From contig NC_043009.1 in the NCBI RefSeq assembly GCF_006345805.1, positions 30,442,001 through 30,506,000 of the forward strand: a stretch of DNA of 64,000 bases. The letters run 5' to 3'. Positions 39,765 to 53,903 of this stretch are shown here, one piece after another; position 1 is the stretch's first letter; each line of letters opens with the position of its first letter. The stretch is from Octopus sinensis. Taxonomy: Eukaryota. The notes beneath the pieces were generated by a model. The model did no database searches. It was not told the origin of the DNA and was given only the letters and a program-made list of their open reading frames with translations. Made by a program: the position numbers and the translations under genes.

Positions 39765-41629
39765 TGTATATATGCATGTATGTATGTATGTATGTATGTA
39801 TGTATGTATGTATGTATGTATGTATGTATGTATGTATGTATGTATGTATGTATGTATGTATGCATGTATGTATGTATGTATTTATGTATGCATCCATCTC
39901 TTTTTCTTTCCTCAGCTGTCCTTTTTCAAGAAGCGGATAGGTTCGAAATCTTGAAGACTTTTTAAATTTTTCCTGAGTGTCACGACAGAAAACGTGAAAT
40001 GGTTTGATAATAAATGAAACTATTTACTTTTGATGCTTGTCTTAGATGAAGCACAGAAATACTCTAATACCTTGCATGCAGAACCAGTCAACTTTTAATT
40101 TTAATTTTCAGTTTTACTTTATTCATGTTAGAAATCATACAACCTAACTTTTGTTCAATGTTTAAAGTGTTTGAATCCACTGAAATTTGTCTACTATTTC
40201 GAACAGTTCGTCTCACCTCATAGTATCTCTAAAGTGCAAATATGTAGTTGCATTGAAGCATTAAATAAGCAAGTGACAAAAGTGTAATTAATATACGTCT
40301 TCACAAAATGGCTTCTGGGATTATCAGCAAAGTTTTTCTTGTTTGAGTAATGTAACAGAAGTCAGTCAAATTGTTGGTTGCACAGTCTAGCTAAGCTATT
40401 CACTCTGACCATAAATCAGAAATTGAGTGACTGAACGAAGTAAAACCACTCAACTGTAAATAAAACTTCAATTATATATTTGTCTTGTCAATGACTAATC
40501 ACCATTTTACACAATATTTGTAAAATAATTAGACACAGGTTTTCTTTTGTTCCTATCACTGACGTTTCTGATAATGCTGCTGCCATCCATAATACTTAGG
40601 CATTATCTCAATATTTCCAAAGTTTTATCTTCAATATTGCTTTAAAATTTGCTTTAAAAATCAATATTTACGATAGAATTTCAATCTTAAGATATTGGTT
40701 TTTAGGTCAAAGTTGAAATTAAATTGAAAATTCATGCAAATTATCAACATCATGTTAATTAAAGAATTATGTTGTGTAGAAATATATTTACTTGTTTTTA
40801 TGATATTCAGTTCATAGACTTAATCTAATTTTATGCATTTTGTGAGAATATACCAATTATTTCCAGAATCTTATCTATTGTCACTGTGTAAATATTCCAT
40901 AAGAAATGGTAAATCGCAAAAATATTTTCACAGTATATTTATTTACAGCTCACCGCTTCATTATTCCTAAGTAATTATTCTTTTCTACATCATTAGTTTT
41001 CAGTCATGTCATTCTGCCTGTTAAAAGGAAGTGTCTTCTTTAAACTACAAGAATATCAATATTTGCTTTCTTTCCTAATGCCTCTTTATGAACGCATGCA
41101 GGTATTCGTGGAAATACATATATATTATAGGTGTATATGTATATAAGTGGGAGTGTATTTAGTGTGTGTGTGTGTATATATATATATGTGTGTGTGTGTG
41201 TGAGTGTGTAAGTACATTCGTTTATGTTGGTCGAACGAATAATGAGAACTCGGTACACGTTGTAGAGAATAGATCTGTTTGTACTGAAATGGACTTGTCT
41301 AGCGATTTCAGTTTCACCCCAGGCACGCAACTACAGTTGTCTATCTATCTATCTATCCACCCACCCACCCACATACATACATAAGCAAAACATACAAATC
41401 TGCACATATACGTGCATACATGCAAACAAAAATATCCGTAATGATAACAATAAATACCTTGATGCAGTACCAGGCAGTTGCTCCCACGGCGTCTGATCTT
41501 AACTGTTGGAAGTGTTATCATGTACATGGTTTTGTCTTTGTATAAAAGATGGGCTACAGCAAATATTCTGCTCAATACCACATAAATCGTTGTCAGTTGA
41601 TTGACCTTAACCATGTTTTAATGATTTAG

Positions 41630-41752
41630 CCGTATTTCGCCCGTCGCTCCTATCTGAGGTGAAATTCCGTGGAGATCCACTTAGCCTTTTATCCTTTCGG
41701 AGTCGATGCAATCGACTAACAACCTCCCCCAAAACTGTTACCCTTGTAGAAT
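41630..41752 (+). mobile_element. SINE family A fragment
   Basis: gccgtatttcgccc...ctgaggtgaaattcc...gccttttatcctttcggagtcgat. Confidence 0.65.
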
Positions 41753-41884
41753 ATATATATATATATAGAATATATAGAATATATATATATAGATATAGAA
41801 TATATATATATAGAATATATATATATATAGAATATATATATATATAGAATATAGATATATATATATAGAATATATAGAATATAG

Positions 41885-41921
<37 letters not shown>

Positions 41922-42287
41922 ATTGGTTTATTTATTTATTTCTATATATACATTTATGTGTATATGTACGTATGTATATATGCACATCACACACATATAT
42001 GCATACACACACACACATATATATATCAACTTAACGACATATATTCTACACTGGAGCTAATATTCGCAAAAAGCAGTGGTATCTGGAAATATTAATATGT
42101 TCAAATAAATGTCAGTGTAGGCCAATATTAATACGTCTTATTTAATGTAAAATTTAGTATGTAAATTTAAATCCTGGGGTATTCATAAACCCAGCAGCTA
42201 ATATATTGGTTTCAAAGTAGTTCTCTCCAAGTACACTTTAAACTCTTGCATGATTTACAGTTCAGAGTTGTGAATAATCGAAAATGA

Positions 42288-42329
<42 letters not shown>

Positions 42330-43998
42330 TGAAATATATATATATATATATATGTAGATATAGATAGATTGATGGAAAAATTCATGCATACACCATACAT
42401 ACGTTCATACATGCATACATATATACCCCCCCCACACACACACACGCACACATGTATATATGTTTGTTTGCATAAATGTTGATTCTGTCGTACTTGGATA
42501 TATGCACGTATGCTCATGTATGCGTACGCTTATGTTCCATTTCAGTTTAAATTTGTTCAACGGGAGTTTATGTCAACATGGACTCCTCTTGTTATTTCAT
42601 GATGTTTCTCAGTTTTAATAAAACTAGAGATATATTTTCACTTTAAAAAATCATGATGCAATAGATTGAATATAATGTTATATATATTTTCTATTTCTGC
42701 TATAGAAATGCATTAAATTGTTCATAGCTACATTTAGGAATTGTTTTCCTGTTTTATTTTTCTAGTAAAAAGAAATGTATTGAAGGAAAAAAAGTTACAT
42801 CTTACTAACAATTACACATAGCCACACACATAGAGCTATTTACATATATGTTTATATATGTGTGTATGTGTATGTGAGTGTGTGCACTTATCTGTGTGTA
42901 TGTGTGCGCATGCGTATATAAAGTATTATTTGGGTTATTCCAGTTTGCACAGGAATGTACTGACACGAGCTTATACAAAAAAATGCGCATAATAAAAACA
43001 GAATACTTGTGATGTAAGTTTTAACGGCAAGTTCCATATGTATAGTTTCAAATCCCGCTATATCACCAACGTGATATATGCCATATAGTATTTTGTATAT
43101 CATTCTGCTTGAGTTTAGTGATTCTCATTACCATTTTGTATTTGCTTAGTTCTCATTACCAACCAATATATTTACTTAGTTCTATGAAAGATGTCTGAAG
43201 TATCAATATAGAATGGATTATATCTTGTTGCTTAACATTGAAAAAATAACGAGTCAATTTCCTATGAATAACTTCCTACATCTCATGTAATCGAAAGACA
43301 TTGAATAGTGCAGTTCGGATGAACATTGAACAATGTCATAATGTACTGCAAAGAAAACCATTCTATCTTATTAAAACAATAATTGCCTTATGAAATATGT
43401 CTTTCTTTAATAGTAATTTCTACGTAGATCAAGGGACTATATGAAGGTTGAGACTTTGGTTTGCTGTGCTCGTCGCTCAAGGAATATAGAAGATATCAAA
43501 TTATTTTGTTATTTACTTAACATACCAATCCATTTCATATTTTCACCTGCTTGTACAGAATAAACTTCTAATATTAAATACACACAGTAAATTCAATGAA
43601 TATATCATATTGCTTTTACTCCTACAGAATTCCAGTAAAAAACATGTCTTCCCAACATGCGTTAGTTAAAACTAGTTATTTTCATAAAATATTATTTTTG
43701 AGAGAAAAAAAGGATGTGATGGATTGCTTTTATTTCCTTAAACTGGGATTTCAACAGCAACGAGTAGCTTCTTTAAAAGTGAAAGGAAATATTTTTATAT
43801 ATAACCAATATTAAAGCAGTCGATTGTATAAACTGATTTGCACTTTTACGCAATCACTCAAAATCTCAGAATTAACGGTCAGAGTTTTCTGAAACCACGA
43901 TACATAGTCTAATGCACATACACACACGTATATATATATATATAGAGAGAGAAAGATATAAATACAGGTTTAAACATATGCATACATATATATCATAT

Positions 43999-44029
<31 letters not shown>

Positions 44030-44853
44030 GGGAGAGTTTACGAAAAAACAACAAAAGACGAAGACAGGTGGTGTACAAAACAAACAGATGTATTAGTATA
44101 ACTCTCAGGAATAGAAAAAGTATTTTACGTTTCGAGCCTACGCTCTTCTACTGAAAGGGACACAGAAAACAAAAAGTTAAACAAGGAGAGAAAAAAATGT
44201 GTGTAGTGGCTTGGTCCCATCTGGAATAGTTTTAACTGATTCACACTAAACAGCAGCTCAGCAAAACGATATCCATAACAAAATTCGTGTAGGTGTATAG
44301 TTATACAAGCGTATATATTCGTATCAGAATTTGAATGAACGTGCCTATGTACACACAGAGAATCAAAGATAAGCGCACACATCTTAATCTGAATAATTTT
44401 GTAGCTTAGTATATGTCAACATTTGTGTAACACCTTGAAGACGTGTTGCACAATTTATGCGAGTTTAGTGTAACAAATTCTAATTAATTTGGTAGAATTA
44501 TTTGCCTTCTTCATTCCTGATTAAATATCACAGCAATGAATAGTTTTGCATTATAATTACTTCAAAATTACACCTCCAATTAAAGGACAATTATCAGAGT
44601 GAGTCAAAATGTTTAGATTTAATGCCAATACTTGCTTAGAGCATGAGTTTAATCCCTGTCAAGAAACCCTATAGTTATTTCATAGAAATCCTCATATCGC
44701 TTTGCAATAAGAAGGGTAGCATGCACAGATGTTTATAAATATGACAAGTTCTCAAAAGTGATAGAAATATACAGACCATTTGTAATATAGTTAAGTTCTT
44801 CTGACATTGATGGCCACAAAGAGATCTGTATTCAGCATTAACACTTAACTCCC

Positions 44854-44970
44854 ATAACATGGCAGTCCTGATTTAGGATGAATGTTACAGTAATTTAGCC
44901 CCAGGAGACTTTTGTCTCCAGCTGACTATACGACACGATCTGTGTTCTTATATTTTCGAACAAGGGAATC
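44854..44970 (+). mobile_element. Small TIR-type repeat (MITE-like), copy 1
   Basis: Shares end ataacatggcagtcctg.tttaggat and a ~90-bp interior with 49915-50040. Confidence 0.6.
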
Positions 44971-45391
44971 TAGCACCGCCACTCAGCTCAAAACAGTATC
45001 TATGTATCGCAATTTAAGAGTTATTTCCCTTCATCAGCACAGAATAATTGTGCAGCTAGAGGTGGCGTTGCCAAACTCGCTTTGTCGCACTTTATATTTT
45101 ATCATCACTTTCCACGGATATATATTTGGTTCGTAAGAAAATAAAATTTCAATCCAAATTGTTTGACGCCAAGTCAAAGAGCCTGCCTCATATTTAAAAT
45201 ACATAAAATGACGGTCTTATGTTTTACAATCAGAATATGATACATCCACAATAGATACAAAATGACCGTCATCTGTAATTTTAACCGAACACTACATTCC
45301 ACTGATTTAGAACTTATCCCGTTTGCACTTTTCGCATAGCTAAACATACATCATTTTCCATAGTAAAATATCTTCTTTAATAGAATACCTA

Positions 45392-45556
45392 GGCGCATGG
45401 GTAGATGTGAGGTAAGTAGCCTGATTACCAACCACATGGTTCTGGGTTCAGTCCCACTACGTGTCCTCTTGGGCAAGTGTCTTCTACTATAGCTTCGGGC
45501 TGACCAAAGCCTTGTGAGTGGATTTGGTAGACGGAACTGAAAGAAGCTTGTCGTAT
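45392..45556 (+). mobile_element. SINE family B head/body
   Basis: ggcgcatggg...ggtaagtagcctg..accaaccacatggttctgggttcagtccc...aaagaagcttgtcg. Confidence 0.85.
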
Positions 45557-45586
45557 ATAAATATAAATATATAAATATATATATAA

Positions 45587-45670
<84 letters not shown>

Positions 45671-45675
<5 letters not shown>

Positions 45676-46870
45676 AAGAAAATAAGATGGCTAGCAGCAG
45701 GCTGTTTCGCCTCATACCGAAGGAATTAGAAATGGCAGTCAAAGACCGTTTTCTATAAGTGGAGATTCCAAAAACGAAGGCCCTTACGGCTCACATACAC
45801 AAAACCGGAGTGGCAAATACACGAAAGCAATCACTTACCGTTAATAGCGAACACCGTGTTTCTGGATCACAAACATAGAAAAAGTAGTTTGAATTCCGTC
45901 ATCAGCGCTATATTCGATAGCTTTACCAAATGCCACCAGCCCTCACTTCTGACCCAGCGACATCAGATAGTGGGGGGAAGTGCGCAGATGTTAAAACTAA
46001 GTAACGACAGGGAACGTAAATTTTCCCTCCAAAATTCTGCATTGCGCGCCTTCTGGGTAATCGTAATGGAATGAGGAATCCACATGGTAATGCAATAAAA
46101 ATGGTAAATAATTTTCCTGTGGTTTTTCATGTAACCAACAATTACTTACCGGTAAATTTCGGTATGTAAATACGACAAATTAATTGTCAGGACCTTGTAA
46201 GGTTCAGTATATAGTAAAGAAAATAAGATGGCTAGCAGCAGGCTGTTTCGCCTCATACCGAAGGAATTAGAAATGGCAGTCAAAGACCGTTTTTCCATTT
46301 TCTATAAGTGGAGATTCCAAAAACGAAGGCCCTTACGGCTCACATACACAAAACCGGAGTGGCAAATACACGAAAGCAATCACTTACCGTTAATAGCGAA
46401 CACCGTGTTTCTGGATCACAAACATAGAAAAAGTAGTTTGAATTCCGTCATCAGCGCTATATTCGATAGCTTTACCAAATGCCACCAGCCCTCACTTCTG
46501 ACCCAGCGACATCAGATAGTGGGGGGAAGTGCGCAGATGTTAAAACTAAGTAACGACAGGGAACGTAAATTTTCCCTCCAAAATTCTGCCATGCGCGCCT
46601 TCTGGGTAATCGTAATGGAATGAGGAATCCACATGGTAATGCAATAAAAATGGTAAATAATTTTCCTGTGGTTTTTCATGTAACCAACAATTACTTACCG
46701 GTAAATTTCGGTATGTAAATACGACAAATTAATTGTCAGGACCTTTGTAAGGTTCAGTATATAGTAAAGAAAATAAGATGGCTAGCAGCAGGCTGTTTCG
46801 CCTCATACCGAAGGAATTAGAAATGGCAGTCAAAGACCGTTTTTTCCATTTTCTATAAGTGGAGATTCCA
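45671..46870 (+). repeat. Tandem array of a ~541-550-bp unit (2.2 copies)
   Basis: tagtaaagaaaataagatggctagc starts at 45671, 46212 and 46762; near-identical copies. Confidence 0.95.
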
Positions 46871-47066
46871 CGGTCTTTGACTGCCATTTCTAATTCCTTC
46901 GGTATGAGGCGAAACAGCCTGCTGCTAGCCATCTTATTTTCTTTACTATATACTGAACCTTACAAAGGTCCTGACAATTAATTTGTCGTATTTACATACC
47001 GAAATTTACCGGTAAATAATTGTTGGTTACATGAAAAACCACAGGAAAATTATTTACCATTTTTAT

Positions 47067-47070
<4 letters not shown>
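46640..47070. repeat. ~200-bp-arm fold-back inverted repeat with ~30-nt spacer
   Basis: 46871-47070 is the reverse complement of ~46640-46839, with one mismatch noticed. Confidence 0.92.
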
Positions 47071-47114
<44 letters not shown>

Positions 47115-47119
47115 TATGT

Positions 47120-47322
47120 GTTTGTGTGTCTGTGTTTGTCCCCTCGACATCGCTTGGGCAACCGATGCTGGTGTGTTTACTTCCCCGTAACTTAGCGGTC
47201 CGGAAAAAATACCGATAAAATAAGTACTAGGCTTACACAGAATAAGTCCTGGGGTCGATTTGCTCGACTAAAAGGTGGTGCTCCAGCATAATCGCAGTCA
47301 AATGACTGAAACAAGTAAAAAG
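47120..47322 (+). mobile_element. SINE family B tail
   Basis: gtgtctgtgtttgtcccc...aataagtcctggggtcgatttgctcgact...gactgaaacaagtaaaa. Confidence 0.85.
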
Positions 47323-48369
47323 AAAGTAGACTATATGCTAGAGTTCACTACATCTCTTCATAAACTTTTGAATATAGCTTCCTATAACAAATGCCTATAA
47401 GTATTTAAATATTCTGTGCCATACAGGAGGAGTTAACGCCAATATATATAGTGCGATTTCCTTTCACCTGTTAGCTAAATATTCAGTTTGTGTACTTTTA
47501 AAGTAAATACTATACTGAAAAAGATTTTAATAAGCGAGATTGTTTACGATAAACTCTGGTACAAAATGTAGCATTTTGCATACAAAAGTAATCGAGGTTT
47601 TCCATATAACATTCTTATCCTCTTCAGTGCTGTGAAAAGAAACACATTTACTGCAAATATTGATCAGCAGGATATAGTTTTACAACTTACGTTAATAATC
47701 AAGAAATAATGTGATGATGTTTACTAGAATGTGATATTGTAGTTACTTGATGTCAGAATATCTACACATATATATAAGAGTTTATAAGAAATACGATACC
47801 TTATAAGTAACACACACATATGTATACACACACACATATATACGCGTGTAAAGGTGTATATATTTATATATGTATATATACATATTAAATGAATATATAT
47901 ATATGTATATTTACTGGAAAATAGCAATCGATGTAAATACGACGCTATTGTATAGCTTTACTGCGTATTTACTAGCAAAGACGTGTGTGTACAACACACA
48001 TGAAAAATTTGTCTTACCTCTAGGAAGAACATTCGATAAATGGACAACCTAGAATCGGATAATGCAAATACGTTTGACAACGTAAATTTGATCAGTCTTC
48101 ATCAGCTGCATTTACCTAGACAATATTTCAAATGTTGCCACATCAATGCTAGTACACCCGCCTGAACGCCTATCCGTTAACAGAACGAGAACAGTGAAAG
48201 AGTTTTCAATGAAAATAATAATGTAATACAAAAGTATTACTTTCCAGTAAAATAAAGCCCCATAAGGGTAGAATTATACATATAACAATATATAAGTGGT
48301 ACAACAAGGCACAAATATTTACTATTTACAGCAGTGATTGGAAGGAACGTGTGTAGCATGTCATCGTCA

Positions 48370-48954
48370 CTCTCTAACAGAGTTTTCATCATTCTCAACA
48401 CACTCAAGGAGATCTTGTGCAAATGAATCCCGAGTGTCTTCTTGGTCAGCTGAAAGCAATTTGGGCACAACTTGGCAGCCACGTCTCATACACAAATCTT
48501 AAGTGATAATGGACTGCACTGAACAGTAACTAATCTACACATCCTCTGATATCTCACGAATGGTCAGTCGACGATTTCCCCTCACAGCTGCATGCACATC
48601 TGTGATGATTTGCTTAGTGCAACTGGTTGCAGGTTTCCTAGAACGTTTGTCAACATTGACATTTTTTCGACCATCTTGGAAACGTCTGAAACAATCGTAC
48701 GTTTGTGTATGGCTCATACACCTCTCTCCATACACTTTTTACAACTCTGTGTCGGCCTCTGAGCAGTTATCCCCATGACAACTTTCTCTTTAATGGTCAA
48801 TGCGACGATCACACTTTCCTTCCAAGCACTGCTGTAAACGTCGTGCCCATGCACAGCAGTGGCAAATGTCAATTTTTGCAGAGTAGCTTCATTCTTCATG
48901 CTTTAGCTTCATTACTATGGCAACAGTCCTGATACTTATTAATCAGACCTCGTA
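48370..48954 (-). mobile_element. Mariner element 5' half with TIR
   Basis: TA-cgaggtctgattaataagtatcaggactgttgcc end; VYGERCMSHTQTYDCFRRFQDGRKNVNVDKRSRKP...NRRLTIREISED...MRRVAAKLCP. Confidence 0.85.
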
Positions 48955-48962
48955 AACACACA

Positions 48963-49001
<39 letters not shown>

Positions 49002-49510
49002 CTATATAATATATGCATACATATACACTGTTATTATTTCTATATCAGGAAGTTAAACAAAACGTAGCCTTTTGATTTTATTTTACAAACGAATCGTGTT
49101 TGTACTTATGTTTTGGTAGAGACTAAAGCCAAAAGCAGATACAAATAACAGTCTTGGAAAAGCAAACAAAAGGCAAAACAAAATATTGGAAAATTTTGAC
49201 CTGACGAACTTAGGTAAAATGATTTCGCTATCAAACACGTTACAATAAAATTCTACAAGATTTTATTTCTTTTCTATTTATACCATTTATCTTCAATTCC
49301 TGAAATATTCTGAGCAAAAGACTTTAAAAGAAAATTAGTTGGAATAAATTGAATATTTAAAAGCACCTAATGTTAGTTGGTGCATTTTCCCCCTTTGTTT
49401 TTAGACCTGAATAAAGAAACACACCACTTGATCGATATCGCGTTTCCCTTAAACTACAGTACATAATTGATTTTTTGCAACTTCTCGTGCCTGTCTGTCT
49501 ATATATAATG

Positions 49511-49542
<32 letters not shown>

Positions 49543-49573
49543 CGCGCACGTATGTATGTATGTATGTATGTAT

Positions 49574-49620
<47 letters not shown>

Positions 49621-49642
49621 GATAGAGAGATATATAGATACA

Positions 49643-49691
<49 letters not shown>

Positions 49692-49914
49692 TGATAAATA
49701 GATACACAGATAGATATATATAGATTCCATCGATATATGCAATAGTTTCGCCAAGAATTTGTGTTCGCAAGAGCAATATACACAAAACTGGATGAGTACT
49801 GACATAGTCATTTAAATAGCAATGAACGACTATTGATAGAAAATTACTATTTTTTAAATCTCACAACGAGAGATATTCAGCAACAGTACTTTGGAGTAAA
49901 GATTGTTTGCCAAC

Positions 49915-50040
49915 ATAACATGGCAGTCCTGGTTTAGGATTCCCTTGTTCGAAAATATAAGGACACAGATTGTGTCGTATAGCCAGATGGAGACGATGTC
50001 TCCTGGGGCTAAATTACTGTAACATTCGTCTTAAACTTGG
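49915..50040 (-). mobile_element. Small TIR-type repeat (MITE-like), copy 2, interior inverted relative to copy 1
   Basis: Interior is the reverse complement of 44880-44970. Confidence 0.6.
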
Positions 50041-51193
50041 CAAACAATATTAATAATTGATAGCTTATGTAATTGTTTTGCAAAATTCTTGATGTGAAAA
50101 CGTATGTTGAAATAGTTACTGATAGATCTTGTGCGTGCTTTTATTGGCATACAAAAACAAAAAAAAAAAGAAAATGACCATCCCCAAATATAACAATAAT
50201 AACAATTTAATCTATATTTAAAGGAACAATAATTCTCTCGGACAACGAATGGAGTCCATGAACTTATGATTGGCGGATAATCGCCCAAGACACCGGGCCA
50301 TACTTAAACACATTCATGCAAAGAGACACACAGATCGACACAAATGGGCACGCACTCACTCTCACACACACACACACGCACGGACGCACACATACATGCA
50401 TACTTACATAAACAGGTGGATACATACAAGTGTATGAGCATTTATTAGCTATCTGTTAAGTAACATAGTATACATTTACAATGACATTTCGAGTGTTACA
50501 AGTAATGTCAGCATTTTCCTCTTAAAAACTCCATACGCATATACCAAAACACAAACACGCACGCACACCTACACACACACACACACACACACGTACACCC
50601 CGTGACACTAATACTTCTCTTTATATTGCTCATACTGCTACCACAGCTGACACTATTATTATGGCAATAGATTTTGAGACGTGTCATCTTACTCGAAATG
50701 TAAGGGATTATTAAATCATCTCCAAGACAACACTTAGATACCTTATTGTTAGTTTAATATTTATGCATTCTTTTGCATTGACAGAAGGTTTGCAATATGT
50801 ATGTATGTATGTATGTATTATGTGTATATGTTTGTATATGTATGTGTGTGTGTGTATGTATCCATATTTGTTCACTCCTCAGTTGTCCTTCTGTTGTAGA
50901 AACGAGTAGGCTCAAAATATTATAGACTCCTCCCATTTTTGGTGAGTGTCAAAACAGAATTTGAGAAGTTCTGAGATCAACTCTCTCTACCGGTGGCTAG
51001 TCACTCTTTTTGACTTATAAAGGTAGTTTTTATCCTATTTTCTAAACCGTTTCTACAGCTATTCTACTTTCTAGATTTTCTTCATTTCTAAATTTATATA
51101 TACACTTATTCATATAAACACTCGCTCGATGTGTTTATAGGAATGAATTAATATATGTATGTACAAACACACACACATGCATACACACACACT

Positions 51194-51557
51194 ACGGAAC
51201 TCTGTCAGTTATGACGACGAGGGTTCCAGTTGATTCAATCAACGGAACATCGTGCTCGTGAAATTAACGTGCAAGTGGCTGAGCACTCCACAGAAACGTG
51301 TACCCTTAAAGTAGTTCTCGAGGAGATTCAGCGTGACACAGAGTGTGACAAGGCTGGCCCTGTGAGACATAGGTACAACAAGAAGAAAGAGTGAGAGAAA
51401 GTTATGATGAAAGAATACAGCAGGGTTCGCCCCCACCTCTGCCGGATCCTCGTGGAGCTTTAGCTGTTAAGCACTTACAACGCCCGGTCTGGGAATCGAA
51501 ACCACGATCCTAAGACCGTGAATCCTCTGCTTTAACCACTGGGCCATTGTACTCCAC
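51194..51557 (-). mobile_element. SINE family C with tRNA-like head
   Basis: Minus strand gtggagtacaatggcccagtggttaaagc...gtggtttcgattcccagacc (A and B boxes) followed by a body homologous to 7025-7195. Confidence 0.8.
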
Positions 51558-51601
51558 ACGCACACACACACAGACATACACATACACACACACACATAAA
51601 C

Positions 51602-51666
<65 letters not shown>

Positions 51667-52784
51667 AATACTGAAGTGCGTTGGTGGAGAAAAGAGCAGA
51701 CGGGTTCTTTTCATACCGAAACTCCGTTCTTCATGACAACAACGTTAGCAAGAGTGGTCATTATTTCAACAGATGAAACATTCACAATGATTAATTACAT
51801 GCAAATTATCCACAGATGAGCATTGGTAATTAGGTGTCATGTAAATTACTGAAATATTTTGATTAAAATATGCAAATTAACTCATACTCTTCTTCCTCAA
51901 CATTCTCATTACTTCTTCGTCATTAAGCCATCATTATCATTGCAATCAACTTCATCAATCCTTTTTTGTCTTCACATTATTTAAATGATGATGTTTGCCA
52001 TGGTTCTATACCATCTCCTTAAATGTGTGTCTTCTCCGGATATGTTTCCAGACCATATTCTTTCCGTATCTGCTGCGAACTCTGCTTCGCTGCCGGTACT
52101 TTAAAACCCCCAAAATTAATTATGCTAAAATTATTATCATCAATATTACCTGTGGAATTAGAAAAAAGTATTTAAGCATCTTTTTATATTTTATGAAATA
52201 ATAATCGTACAAAACCATTTTATACCTGTATATTCGAGATTAGAATCCACCGTATTTATCATTCGGCCAGGACTTCTAAGATAATTGCCCAACATATAAC
52301 TCAAGACGTAGATGTGGCTGGCTAGTTAAGATGTTTGTGAAAAAGATTTTGTAATTTCGATCGCACCGCTTATCATCTTGGGTATATTTTGAAATAGTTT
52401 CGGACAACACTTGCCTCCAAAGTATAATCAAATAAACAGAAACTATCTGCAAAATACTCAGATGGCTCATACTTGTATTAGAATGATGATTTTTTCCCCT
52501 GAGAATTATGTTAAAAATGGCGGTCTCGGTAAATTACCTCTCACATTCAACGAGTAAATAGTTCCTGTTGGTCGAACAACTAGAAATGTTATTGTCGCGA
52601 TAAATAGGAGCTCATTTTAATTTACGATTAAATTTGATGTTCATTTTCTTTTATTCCTTAACGTGGTTCAGTCGTTTGACTGCAGCTGTGCTGGAGTGCC
52701 GCCTTGAAGGATTTTAGTCGACCCCGGAACGTATTGTTTCAAGATTAGAATAAAATTGATTATAGTATCGGTTTCGAATATTGC

Positions 52785-52965
52785 CACGAGGCGCGCAATT
52801 TCGGGCCAGATGATAAATCGATTACATCGACCCCAGCACTCACCTGGTACTTTACGAACCCTGAAACAATGAAAGGCAAAGTCGACCTCGATGGAATTCG
52901 AACTCAGACCGTAAAGAATTGCCAAATGTTGCTAACCATTTTGCCCGGCGTGCTTACTATTCTAC
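52785..52965 (-). mobile_element. SINE family A
   Basis: atgaaaggcaaagtcgacctcg...gaactcagaccgtaa...gcccggcgtgct. Confidence 0.85.
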
Positions 52966-53229
52966 CAGATCGAACAATAGTTTTGGATCGAGGGAGAAGG
53001 GCAGCAGTTTCGAGAGGAGCGGACACTTTGATGATAAAATTGACTCCGGCATTTGTAGTTTATCGACCACCAAACAAAATGGTCCAGTGGTGAATTCAGG
53101 ACGTAAAGAGCCAAACCTCATGCCGTAATGCACTTTCATCGCTATAAAGGGGAATTTTGCAAACAGATTGTGACATATTAGTCGGCGTATTGGTCACACG
53201 CGCGCGCCATTTCATAGTTTTATACATCA

Positions 53230-53762
53230 CTAGCAGTATCGCCCGGCGTTGCTCGGGTTTGTAAGGGAAATAACTATATAAGCATTTTTAGAGAGTTATA
53301 GCAAAAAAATGCATTAAAAATGGAATAAAAAATTATGGTAAATTTTTTTTTAAATCGTTGACTCAGTGTCTTCAAGCCATGAAGTCGTTGTTCTAAAAGA
53401 ACGCTGGTCTCCTTGACAACGCTTTACGACGTTGATTTCCTTACACTCCCTTCCCCACAGCTTCACGAGGGAGGGAAGAAGGGAGAGAAGCAAACAGGTG
53501 CAGGTGTGACCATGGAAGCTAACTCCGCCGCCATCGACACACGAAATATTATGCATTAAAATGGAATAAAAAATGATGTTAAATTATTTTTTAAAATCGT
53601 AGACTCATTGTAGACGCGCGCTAATACTCAGACGGGCTCGATATGAATCACGACTATAAGATACCTGAATTTGGTTAAACTGCACCGCAAAATGTGGGAG
53701 TAGTTAGGAATCTAAATCGAGGGGGACAGACACTCACACAACTACAGTTTTATATATATAGA
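53230..53762 (-). mobile_element. Non-autonomous Helitron-like element
   Basis: Minus strand A|TCTATATATATAAAACTG ... hairpin CCCGAGCAACGCCGGG ... CTAG|T; no TSD, A^T insertion site. Confidence 0.8.
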
Positions 53763-53903
53763 TTTGTTTCCGATACTGATCAATACTATGTTACGTATTA
53801 TTTTCTTGTCTCTAGGAGTGAAATTAGATTTCTTTTGGTTAACGCTTTGTTGCAGGGGCGTCAACACGCCCACACCGGTTGTGAAGCGGTAGTGGGGGAC
53901 ATA

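Noticed and set aside
46228-46623. 131-aa ORF in tandem unit 2
   Set aside because: Exists only because of an 8-nt insertion absent from unit 1; no recognisable motif
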